NCBI GenBank assembly: GCA_044378235.1
Contig: JBILXT010000002.1
Coordinates: 10,257 to 74,256 of the forward strand
Reading direction: 5' to 3'
Origin: Planctomycetaceae bacterium
GTDB taxonomy: Bacteria > Planctomycetota > Planctomycetia > Planctomycetales > Planctomycetaceae
DNA: 64,000 nucleotides
Under the pieces are notes generated by a model. It was not told the DNA's origin, did not search any database, and saw only the letters and a list, made by a program, of their open reading frames with translations. The translations under genes were made by a program, and so were the position numbers. Below are positions 8,843-17,310 of this stretch, piece after piece; within the stretch, counting starts at the first letter, position 1; every line of letters begins with the position of its first letter.

Positions 8843-10000
8843 TTAACTCAGCGTCTGAACTTCGACCGAGAGCACGGCGGGCAAATCGTGTACTATTGCA
8901 CGCCAGTTGTCACCTCCGTCGGGCGAAACGTAAACCTGTCCGCCAGACGTACCGAAGTAGATGCCGCCTTCTTCCAGAGCATCCGTCGACATGGCATCAC
9001 GCAGGACATTCACGTAGCAGTCTTTCTGAGGAAGCCCGTTGGTCAGTGCTTCCCATTCCGTACCTCCTGAGCGACTGCGGAAGACTCGCAGTTTTCCTTC
9101 ATGCACGTAATGTTCGGAATCGCTGGTGATTGGAATCACGTAGACAGTTTCCGGTTCATGCGGATGGACTTCGATCGGGAAACCAAAGTCGGTCGGCAGG
9201 TTGCCGCTGATGTTTGTCCACAGTTCACCGGCGTTATCAGTTCGCATCACGTTCCAGTGCAACTGCATAAACACGACGTCGGGTTTTGAAGGATGCAGTG
9301 CAAGGCGATGCACGCAATAGCCGACTTCGGCATTCGGATCCGGCATATACTTTGACTTCAGCCCGCGATTGATCGGCTTCCATGTGACGCCGCCGTCGTC
9401 CGTGCGAAACGCGCCGGCTGAGGAAATCGCGACATAGATACGCTGTGGGTTTGTGGGGTCCAGAATGATTGTATGCAACCCCATGCCGCCTGCATCTGGG
9501 GCCCAGTTGGAGGCCTGTTGATCGCGAAGACCGGGCAGCTCCTGCCATGTGGTTGCGCCGTCAGTGGAGCGAAACAACGCGGCATCTTCGGCACCCGCGT
9601 AAACCGTTTCGACATCCGTCAACGATGGTTCCAGATGCCAGATGCGTTTGAATTCCCAGGGATGCGGAGTGCCGTCGTACCACATGTGTGTTCCGACGGT
9701 GCCCTCGTAGACAAACTTGTTGCTGGCTCCGGCAGGCTTGCCGGTGAAATCGATGCTGGCTTCGCCGCCCGGCTGATACCAGTTTTTGCCGCCGTCATCA
9801 GAACGCTGAATGACCTGACCGAACCAGTCGCTGCATTGCGATGCGTAGATGCGATTTGGATCGATCGGCGATCCTTTCATGTGATAAATTGACCAGCCGC
9901 CGAAGAACGGCCCTGCGACGTCCCATTTTTCACGCTTGCCGTCTGAGGTCAGAATGAACGCACCCTTTTTTGTGCCCACGAGCACTCGTACGCTGGCCAT
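8843..10000 (-). CDS. BNR/Asp-box repeat beta-propeller protein (sialidase / Ycf48-like fold)
   Basis: 385 aa with five Asp-box motifs: [32 protein letters not shown] and SPDGGDNW. Confidence 0.8.
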   Translation of the reverse strand: MASVRVLVGTKKGAFILTSDGKREKWDVAGPFFGGWSIYHMKGSPIDPNRIYASQCSDWFGQVIQRSDDGGKNWYQPGGEASIDFTGKPAGASNKFVYEGTVGTHMWYDGTPHPWEFKRIWHLEPSLTDVETVYAGAEDAALFRSTDGATTWQELPGLRDQQASNWAPDAGGMGLHTIILDPTNPQRIYVAISSAGAFRTDDGGVTWKPINRGLKSKYMPDPNAEVGYCVHRLALHPSKPDVVFMQLHWNVMRTDNAGELWTNISGNLPTDFGFPIEVHPHEPETVYVIPITSDSEHYVHEGKLRVFRSRSGGTEWEALTNGLPQKDCYVNVLRDAMSTDALEEGGIYFGTSGGQVYVSPDGGDNWRAIVHDLPAVLSVEVQTLS

Positions 10001-10154
10001 TATGATTTCCCGTTGTCTTGATGAATGCAGGACCCGGAGTCTGGCGCGTGCTGGTTAATCAGGCAACCCCGAAACGGAAACGTTTGCAAAGGACAGCCAG
10101 CGTGGTGCTTCAACGGCTTCACCACTTAAGAATGATCCGGAATCAAGTTTCGTG

Positions 10155-10227
10155 ATACAAGCCCGAAGCGCCAGCGAGTGCGCCGAATGTAACCCACAAC
10201 TCACTCGCTGGCGCTTCGGGCTTGTAT
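10155..10227. repeat. perfect 26-bp inverted repeat with a 21-nt loop (terminator-like hairpin, no T tract)
   Basis: ATACAAGCCCGAAGCGCCAGCGAGTG ... CACTCGCTGGCGCTTCGGGCTTGTAT. It lies 45 nt downstream of the DUF1501 stop at 10272. Confidence 0.8.
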
Positions 10228-10271
10228 AGAATCACAGCCTCGAATGACGTTTCGGGTTGAGATTTCTCTTC

Positions 10272-11705
10272 TCAGTTCCACAGCTCCGTCACCGGATGTC
10301 CGTTCTCGACGATCGGGATCGGTCGATTTTCTGAATTCGGAACACGAATGTCGGGATCAATACCCAGAGCGTAATAAACAGTCGCCGCGAGATCTTCGGG
10401 GCTCACGGGTGTATCCAGCGAATAAGCTGCATCTTTGTCCGAAGCGCCGTAAAGAGTGCCGCCTGGGATTCCTCCGCCAGCGATCACTGTTGAGAACAGA
10501 GTGCTCCAGTGATCACGTCCCCAGTTTGCGTTGGCTTTCGGAGTTCGTCCCATTTCACCCGTAGCGATGACCAGTGTTTCATCCAGCAGACCGCGTTCAT
10601 CCAGATCGCTCAACAATGCTGAACAGCCTTGATCAAATGTCGGCAGCAGGTTCTTTTTGACATCGTCACTGTTACGGTGCGAATCCCAGCTGTAACCGTC
10701 GACGCAGTCATAATGGACGGTCACATAGCGAACACCCGCTTCGATCAAACGGCGAGCCATTAGCGTTGACTGACCAAACAGATGTCGACCGTAGCGATCG
10801 CGAATCTCCGCCGGTTCCGCTTTGATGTTCAGAGCGTTGCGTGTCCGCTCGGAGGTCATCAGAGAGAACGCTTTTTCTCGAAACGGGTCGTAGCTGGCGG
10901 CGGTAAACTGATCCAGTTGGCGACGACTCACATCGAACTGATCCAGCAGCGAGCGACGACGATCCAGGCGATCCATCGAAACGCCTTCCGGAGTTTTCAT
11001 GTCGGCGATCTGAAAAGCCAGTTCATCGTCCGTGCATGTTCGCCAGTACGGATTGTCGTCGACAGCGCGCTTCTGAATCTGCGTCGTTAAAGGATTGTAG
11101 CGCGGTCCCATCCAGCCCGCGTGTTCTCCTGGGCGAGGATACTGACCTTTCTCCTGCAGGGCTCCGAGTGAATTCGGGAGCACCATGTACGACGGCATCG
11201 GATTGGTCAGCCCCATCGTCTGTTGATCGACATAGTCAACGATTGATCCCATTGATGGCCAGTCCTTCGGCGTGGGAGAAAAACCTCCACCGATCGGAAC
11301 ATGCCAGCGGCGTCCGGTCTGAATATAGTGACCGCCACCACTGTGATCATTCAGCGAATGCGACATCGAACGGATGACTCGGTACTTGTCAGAGATCGCC
11401 GCCATCTTCGGCAAGTATTCTCCGATTAACAGTCCGGGCGTCTTGCTGGCGATTGGTCGAAACGGACCGCGAATCTGGTCCGGAGCTTCTGGCTTCAGGT
11501 CAAAAGTCTCGAGCTGGCTGGGGCCACCAAAGAGCAGCAGGAAAATGACGTTCTTCACTTTCGGAGCCTGCCCCGACATCAGAGACTCGGCCGCCAGAAT
11601 CTGGGGCAGCGAAAGTCCAAGGAGCCCTGCTCCACCGGCCTGCAGGATCTGACGACGACGGATCCCGTCGCATGCGGATCGAGGTGCTCCGTGAATCGTG
11701 AGCAT
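10272..11705 (-). CDS. DUF1501 domain protein (sulfatase-like, Tat-type signal)
   Basis: Start moved to the internal ATG at 11705, which is preceded by AGGAGA. The Tat-like N-terminus is RRRQILQAGGAGLLGLSLP. Family motifs are GEMGRTP and GRDHW. Confidence 0.85.
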   Translation of the reverse strand: MLTIHGAPRSACDGIRRRQILQAGGAGLLGLSLPQILAAESLMSGQAPKVKNVIFLLLFGGPSQLETFDLKPEAPDQIRGPFRPIASKTPGLLIGEYLPKMAAISDKYRVIRSMSHSLNDHSGGGHYIQTGRRWHVPIGGGFSPTPKDWPSMGSIVDYVDQQTMGLTNPMPSYMVLPNSLGALQEKGQYPRPGEHAGWMGPRYNPLTTQIQKRAVDDNPYWRTCTDDELAFQIADMKTPEGVSMDRLDRRRSLLDQFDVSRRQLDQFTAASYDPFREKAFSLMTSERTRNALNIKAEPAEIRDRYGRHLFGQSTLMARRLIEAGVRYVTVHYDCVDGYSWDSHRNSDDVKKNLLPTFDQGCSALLSDLDERGLLDETLVIATGEMGRTPKANANWGRDHWSTLFSTVIAGGGIPGGTLYGASDKDAAYSLDTPVSPEDLAATVYYALGIDPDIRVPNSENRPIPIVENGHPVTELWN

Positions 11706-12046
11706 GTTAGTCTCCTGCACGATATGAATAGAGGCCTTGTGTTCGCGGGATTGACATAGACCAAAGACCCAATCCAGCCGCGAACAGAAAGTTTTTTCCG
11801 GGCGTAGATTGCTGAGTTTTTCGCTCGCTACGGGGATTCTGGCGTAGAAAGTCGCCTTCCGCAACCTGTTCATGACCAGTCGCTGCCTCAACCGGCAGAA
11901 ACTGCTGCTCCGATTGACCTTGTCCGTTTTGCCGGATAACCGGTAAAAAACGCGTGTCCGGGAGACCTGTTCAGAAACAACGACTAACAGGCTCAGGAGC
12001 ATTCAATATGGCGGGCAGGAACCCTCCAGCGTAAGAAACCAGACTC

Positions 12047-14101
12047 ATGTGGTGCCGCGATTGTCACAGGGAAGTTGACGTCAAGGCCGCCGGATCGGCG
12101 TGTCCTCTGTGCGGTCGCGCGCTCACCGCTAGTACTCGGCAGACCGACGATATTCGCCGTGCTTATGAGATTCTGGAACGCTGGCAATCGTCAGATCTCT
12201 TTGAACGGATCAGCACCACTGCTCCTCTGACCACCTTCAAACAGCAGGACCGAGCACCTCTGCTGAATATTCCGCTGGGGAAACCGGCGGCTCCGGTGAC
12301 GCAGCATGAACCCGCGCCGGCGTCAGAAGCTGTAAACGTGCAGACGCAGATGCCGGTCCATGAACCAGTCGCGGACCGAGCGTCCAACAAGCTGCCACAG
12401 AAGCCAGCGAAATTGCGAGTTCCGCAAGAGCTCCTGGAGCCTGCTCGTGAGTTTGTCGGCGTGCCCATGAATTCGGCCGGAACTGCTCGCAAGGAACAGC
12501 TCATCTGGGATCTACTGGTTTCGCCGGCGCCCCTGATGGCGAATGTGATTCCGCAGATTTCTGATCCATTGCATTCGTCATCCGCTGCTGTTGTACCACC
12601 AACTCTCGTAGCGGGAGTTTCCGAGCGGCCATTGCCCGGCTCGAAGCCAGAGAATCCTCAGGCAACACCAACCGTGATCTTTCGAGATGCGGAACCTGTG
12701 GCCGAAACAAACCTGGCGTTAATGGGTGATCCTGAGCTTACTGCGGTTGACGCTCTCGAGAACAGCGTTGCTGAAATTAGAGCCGTTTTGACGGAAGTTG
12801 AAGCTGAGGATGTTGTCGTAGCTGCGAGTGATCTCACTTCGACGGAAGTTGAAACCGAACACGACGATGTCGTGCTAAAACAGGTCATCGAGACGGATGC
12901 ATCGAGTGAGGCCGCTGAGCCTGACGTCGAGTCCGAAGTGCCCCAGTTCGAAGCCGACGAGGTTGTTGGCGAGACCGAGGAGATACGCTCGGCCGAAGCA
13001 CATCGATCGGATCGCGAATTCGTTCAACAGGATCATTGGGACGCGCCCACCGCACGTGCCGCTGCGGACGACTTGTCTCATCTGGAGAATCTGTTTGCCG
13101 ATTTGGCGCAAGAGGAGTTCTCTCAGGCGGATTCTGAGCCAGCAGTCAGGGGAACCCGTAGTTCTGCAACGTTATCCGTCGTTGAAACTGCTGTACAGAT
13201 TGCGGCATCAGCAGAAGTTTCCCAGACCGTTTTACCGGTGTTGATGTCATCGGCGTCGGTTCACGAGGAACCGGCGAGCCTTGAATTCAAATCGGCAGAA
13301 TCTGCCAACGATACCAAACAAACGACTGATGAGACGACGAAGAAGACTCAGCGCTCTGCCATTCGTCGACCGCCATTGCATCGCCGTTTTCAGCTCGAAC
13401 GCCCCGTTTCCGAAAGTTCAGCAGGATCAGAAACCGTGACTCGAAAACTTAGACTCGACCAGACCGGTGGCAATGCTGAATCATCTCAGGAGAAGGAGCC
13501 GGTGACGTCGCTGCCGTCTTCCGTGGCTCCGGAGACGAAGATCGTTTCCAATTCGCCGATGCCCGGAAAACGATTCCGCATCGATAAAGCAGAATCCGTT
13601 GAAGCGATCACTGACACCGCTGGCCAGCGTTCACGCACTCACGGTCGTCCTCGTCAGCGATACATCGATGAAGCTCATGAATCCCAACTCCGTGGCCCCC
13701 ACTTTGAAGTCAGCGCGCCGAAACGTTCCAATCTGACCAGCATGACGGGGCAGTTCCTGGCCTATCTGGGAGTGCTGGGTTTGACAGTCGGAACAGCGAT
13801 GGTGATCTATGGGCATTTCGGAGGTTACTCCGAGATTACTCCGACCGGCTGGCTGGTGACGACAGTTGCCCAGATGTTGCTGTTCCTGGGCGTGATTAAT
13901 CTTGTCTCCGGTGGCATCGAACAGAACAACGACGATGTCTCTCGTCGCATCAATACTCTGGGCGAACAGTTGCTGCGTATCGAACAGGTCACCTCGGAAG
14001 TCATGCGTGGCCCCAAGATCCCGGCTCACATGTACGCCGAAGATCGTGACGAAGACGAAGTCATGGAATCAGAACGCGAAACAGCCGTGGTCAAACGATA
14101 G
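12047..14101 (+). CDS. hypothetical protein: N-terminal zinc ribbon, long acidic low-complexity region, two C-terminal TM helices
   Basis: 684 aa. Zinc ribbon: CRDCHREVDVKAAGSACPLCG. The central region is Glu/Asp/Ala/Ser-rich. TM pair: FLAYLGVLGLTVGTAMVIYG and WLVTTVAQMLLFLGVINLVSG. Confidence 0.6.
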   Translation: MWCRDCHREVDVKAAGSACPLCGRALTASTRQTDDIRRAYEILERWQSSDLFERISTTAPLTTFKQQDRAPLLNIPLGKPAAPVTQHEPAPASEAVNVQTQMPVHEPVADRASNKLPQKPAKLRVPQELLEPAREFVGVPMNSAGTARKEQLIWDLLVSPAPLMANVIPQISDPLHSSSAAVVPPTLVAGVSERPLPGSKPENPQATPTVIFRDAEPVAETNLALMGDPELTAVDALENSVAEIRAVLTEVEAEDVVVAASDLTSTEVETEHDDVVLKQVIETDASSEAAEPDVESEVPQFEADEVVGETEEIRSAEAHRSDREFVQQDHWDAPTARAAADDLSHLENLFADLAQEEFSQADSEPAVRGTRSSATLSVVETAVQIAASAEVSQTVLPVLMSSASVHEEPASLEFKSAESANDTKQTTDETTKKTQRSAIRRPPLHRRFQLERPVSESSAGSETVTRKLRLDQTGGNAESSQEKEPVTSLPSSVAPETKIVSNSPMPGKRFRIDKAESVEAITDTAGQRSRTHGRPRQRYIDEAHESQLRGPHFEVSAPKRSNLTSMTGQFLAYLGVLGLTVGTAMVIYGHFGGYSEITPTGWLVTTVAQMLLFLGVINLVSGGIEQNNDDVSRRINTLGEQLLRIEQVTSEVMRGPKIPAHMYAEDRDEDEVMESERETAVVKR

Positions 14102-14119
14102 TGATTTGTTGGTCAATCC

Positions 14120-14183
14120 GTTTACCGCCCAGCCGAAGGCGCCGGCCTGCCTGAAAGCCAGCGCCTCCGGCTAGGCGGTAAAC
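14120..14183. repeat. REP-like palindromic element, family A
   Basis: GTTTACCGCCCAGCCGAAGGCGCCGGC ... GCCAGCGCCTCCGGCTAGGCGGTAAAC. It lies 19 nt after the stop at 14101. Confidence 0.8.
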
Positions 14184-14251
14184 GTAGGACGCCTGCAGGC
14201 TACCCTCCACGACCTCTGCGGTGCACCACTTCCTGATCATGTGATCAACCC

Positions 14252-16633
14252 ATGACATCGGAGAATGCCAGCCAGTCGATTCTGCAGCAAACTCGAATCG
14301 CTCGTACGGCCGCACTCGCGATCCTGGGCTGGATGTTTCTGCCGCTGCTGACGGGACAGGTTTACGTCTGCGATGATCTGCTGAATTATTATCTGCCAAT
14401 TCGCCAGTTCTATTCTTCGTGTCTTCGGGACGGCGATGCTTTCGACTGGATGCCCAGTCTGTTCAGTGGCTACTTTCTGACGGGTTCCGGGCAAGCCGGA
14501 ACTTACCATCCCTGGCACTGGTTACTGTACCGGTGTTTGCCGCTGGAGATGGCCTTTAATCTGGAAGTGCTCAGCAGTTATCCGTTCATGCTGTTCGGAA
14601 TGAAACTGTTTCTGCAACGCCACTTTCAGCGTCTCGATGCAGCCTGGCTGGGCGCCATCATCTTTACGTTCAGCGGTTTCTGCACATTGCACTTTCTGCA
14701 TCCGAATGCGATCGCGGTGGTGTCTCATATTCCGTGGTTGTTGCTGTCACTTGATGTGATATTGCGCGAATGTCCGGGATTGGCTTTCAGTTCTAAAGTC
14801 CACGAACAAGGCTATCCCGTCGGCGGAGCGACGGGCGTACCGTACCCCCGTCGCTCCGTCGACGGGATGGCAATCACTGGCGTCGCACTCCTGACAGGCT
14901 CCCAGCTACTGCTCGGCTATCCTCAATACGTCTGGTTCTCCTTACTCGCGGAGATTGTTTACTGCCTCGGATTCGTGTCGTGGAATTCTCGGGGCTTCTG
15001 CAGGCTGTTGGTCATCGCCGGTCTGAAGGTTTTTGGCCTGGGGTTGGGAGCAGTCCAAATTCTTCCCTCAATGGCCGCCTTATCAGAATCTGATCGAAGC
15101 GCGATGTCGCCGGGGTTCTTCTTCGAGCATCCCTTAACTGCAGCCGATATGCTGCAATGGTTCAACCCGTTTCTCACAGACACGCGCGTCTTCGGGCAGA
15201 ATACTCATGAGCTGGGGCTTTACTGCGGTGCAATCCCTTTTCTGCTTGCGATCGTAGCGATAATCCGTCTCCGCACACAGTCATCTCAGCGAAGACTATT
15301 GCAGGTGATGCTGGCTCTGGGATTGCTGGCTCTGTGGCTGTCTTTCGGCAAGGCCGGTGGACTCTATGTCGTTCAGACGTGGCTGCCGATGATCGGGAAA
15401 TTTCGCTGGCCATCACGCATCCTTGTGTTGCTGCATTTTGTCGTCGCCGTGTTTGCAACGGCCGGCTACATCCGCATCACCAGCCCCGTCAGCGGCACGG
15501 CGCTAGCCGCCGGTGTCAGTCTGAAAACCAACCGCAATGTTTCATCTCACTGTGGTCTACAGCTTCCTCAAATCGTCTACTTCGTCCCCGTCGCCAGTAT
15601 TCTAACATCACTTCTCGCCCCAGTGATTTGTGGCCCCGAAAATGTCGCCTCGAAGACGCTGTTACTGCTCGGACCGATTCTGTTCGTATTGGCGGTCGTT
15701 TTGGTGCGGGATGTTTCTCACGGCCGCTACAGTCCGGCCTTTATGCTGTTCCTCGCCGGTGATCTGGCGGTCTATGGCTTGACCTATGAAGCCATGAATC
15801 GCAAACAATCCATGCAGGAGATCGTCGCCGAGCTGCGAACTCCGCCTGGTTCTCCCAGTGATGGACGAGTTATCGCTGAGGTGCAGTTACAGAATGGTGA
15901 CCAACAGTTTCATGGCAACAAGTTGCTGATAAAAGGCTGGCATCAGGCGGATGGTTATGAAGGCCTGATGTCATCGCGATCATTGCTGGGAGAAAATCTG
16001 ACGCTGGACGGACTCCGCATTGCCGGAGTTCGCTTGGTGATCAATGAAGGGCGCCATCACTCAATCACCGGACTTGTTCCGACGGATGACGCAAAGTGGC
16101 TGGAAGTTCCCAATCCCCTGCCTCGAGCGAGATTGACAAGTAACATCCGGATGGTCAAAGGCACTGCTGAGGCGATTGAGCACTTGTCCGCAGCAGGACC
16201 GGCGATGATTGAATGTGATCCGGAGCAACGAGCGGCGATTGAAGAGTTGACGACCTCGAGCGGTACTTCAGAATCCGACTCAGTGAAGATTGTGTCAGAT
16301 CGCCCCGGGCTAATCGAAGTCGACGTCGAATGCTCTTCGAGCAAGCTGCTGATTTTATCCGAGAGCTTTTCGCCCGGCTGGAAAGTCACGGTGAACGGAG
16401 AATGGTCGTCGGTGTTCAGAGCGGAAGTGGATTACATGGCCTGTTCGATTCCTGCAGGCCGATCCCGCGTCCAGTTTCGCTTCGAGCCCGACAGTGTGAC
16501 CGCCGGATTTCGGATCTCCGTGACTTCTCTTTGGTTCTTGTGCCTTGGAACTGCGGTGTTTTACTTTCTGAAGTTCCTGGGATCTCACAAAGAAAACCGG
16601 ATGTGGGGCGAACGACCGCGGATGGATGAATGA
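14252..16633 (+). CDS. polytopic membrane protein (YfhO/ArnT-like putative glycosyltransferase architecture)
   Basis: 793 aa. There are more than 10 hydrophobic helices in the first ~500 aa and a soluble C-terminal domain plus a final TM. The family assignment is tentative. Confidence 0.7.
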   Translation: MTSENASQSILQQTRIARTAALAILGWMFLPLLTGQVYVCDDLLNYYLPIRQFYSSCLRDGDAFDWMPSLFSGYFLTGSGQAGTYHPWHWLLYRCLPLEMAFNLEVLSSYPFMLFGMKLFLQRHFQRLDAAWLGAIIFTFSGFCTLHFLHPNAIAVVSHIPWLLLSLDVILRECPGLAFSSKVHEQGYPVGGATGVPYPRRSVDGMAITGVALLTGSQLLLGYPQYVWFSLLAEIVYCLGFVSWNSRGFCRLLVIAGLKVFGLGLGAVQILPSMAALSESDRSAMSPGFFFEHPLTAADMLQWFNPFLTDTRVFGQNTHELGLYCGAIPFLLAIVAIIRLRTQSSQRRLLQVMLALGLLALWLSFGKAGGLYVVQTWLPMIGKFRWPSRILVLLHFVVAVFATAGYIRITSPVSGTALAAGVSLKTNRNVSSHCGLQLPQIVYFVPVASILTSLLAPVICGPENVASKTLLLLGPILFVLAVVLVRDVSHGRYSPAFMLFLAGDLAVYGLTYEAMNRKQSMQEIVAELRTPPGSPSDGRVIAEVQLQNGDQQFHGNKLLIKGWHQADGYEGLMSSRSLLGENLTLDGLRIAGVRLVINEGRHHSITGLVPTDDAKWLEVPNPLPRARLTSNIRMVKGTAEAIEHLSAAGPAMIECDPEQRAAIEELTTSSGTSESDSVKIVSDRPGLIEVDVECSSSKLLILSESFSPGWKVTVNGEWSSVFRAEVDYMACSIPAGRSRVQFRFEPDSVTAGFRISVTSLWFLCLGTAVFYFLKFLGSHKENRMWGERPRMDE
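14814..14868. repeat. REP-like palindromic element, family C, located in frame inside CDS 14252..16633
   Basis: ATCCCGTCGGCGGAGCGACGGGCGTAC-C-GTACCCCCGTCGCTCCGTCGACGGGAT. It is translated as YPVGGATGVPYPRRSVDG. Confidence 0.8.
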
Positions 16634-16642
16634 GATTTCATC

Positions 16643-16690
16643 GTTTACCGCCCAGCCGGAGGCGCCGGCGCCTCCGGCTGGGCGGTAAAC
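16643..16690. repeat. REP-like palindromic element, family A (near-perfect)
   Basis: GTTTACCGCCCAGCCGGAGGCGCCGGCGCCTCCGGCTGGGCGGTAAAC. It lies 10 nt after the stop at 16633. Confidence 0.85.
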
Positions 16691-16753
16691 AGACGCCCGC
16701 AAGCAAACGCGTTCCGGCTGATAAGTGGTCTGCTTTGAGCCTCAGAAACAATT

Positions 16754-17299
16754 ATGGACTGGACTCTGATCTCATTTTGGTCGCTTGCCGTGTTGCTGGT
16801 GGTCGTTAATGCGAGCAGTTTGGTTTTGAACCTGCTCCTGTTACCCGGCAACTGGCTCATGGTCGCAAGTTTGACGATCTATTTGCTGGGTACCAGCTTT
16901 GAACGCGGCCCGACATGGACCATTCTGATCATTTCTCTCGCGCTTGCCGCATTTGGCGAACTGCTGGAACTGATGTTGGGCTCTGCCAAAGCCGCGAAGA
17001 AAGGAGCCAGCCGACGAGCGATGCTGTTATCGTTGGTTCTTTCATTTGTCGGCAGTATTGCCGGGACGTTTCTGATTCCCATCCCGGTGGTCGGCAGCGT
17101 GATCGGAGCGATCCTCGGTGCCGCTGCCGGCGCCTTTGGTGGTGCTTGGCTGGGCGAAGCGTGGATCGGCACCGAGGTGACTCGCCGTAACGAAATCGGC
17201 ACCGCCGCCATGTCAGGGCGTCTGATCGGAATGCTGGCCAAGTTTGCGATTGGAACGGCGATCTTCGCAATACAGTTGGTCAGTTTTTTCTTTCGGTAG
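16754..17299 (+). CDS. small integral membrane protein, DUF456-like
   Basis: 181 aa with four hydrophobic helices, an N-terminal LLLLPGNWLMV motif and Gly/Ala-rich helices. The family call is tentative. Confidence 0.55.
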   Translation: MDWTLISFWSLAVLLVVVNASSLVLNLLLLPGNWLMVASLTIYLLGTSFERGPTWTILIISLALAAFGELLELMLGSAKAAKKGASRRAMLLSLVLSFVGSIAGTFLIPIPVVGSVIGAILGAAAGAFGGAWLGEAWIGTEVTRRNEIGTAAMSGRLIGMLAKFAIGTAIFAIQLVSFFFR

Positions 17300-17310
17300 A
17301 CAATAAACAG

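Noticed and set aside
11706-12002. 99-codon N-terminal extension of the DUF1501 ORF
   Set aside because: The extension has no signal or domain features. The internal ATG at 11705 has an AGGAGA RBS and is followed immediately by the Tat-type signal expected for this family.
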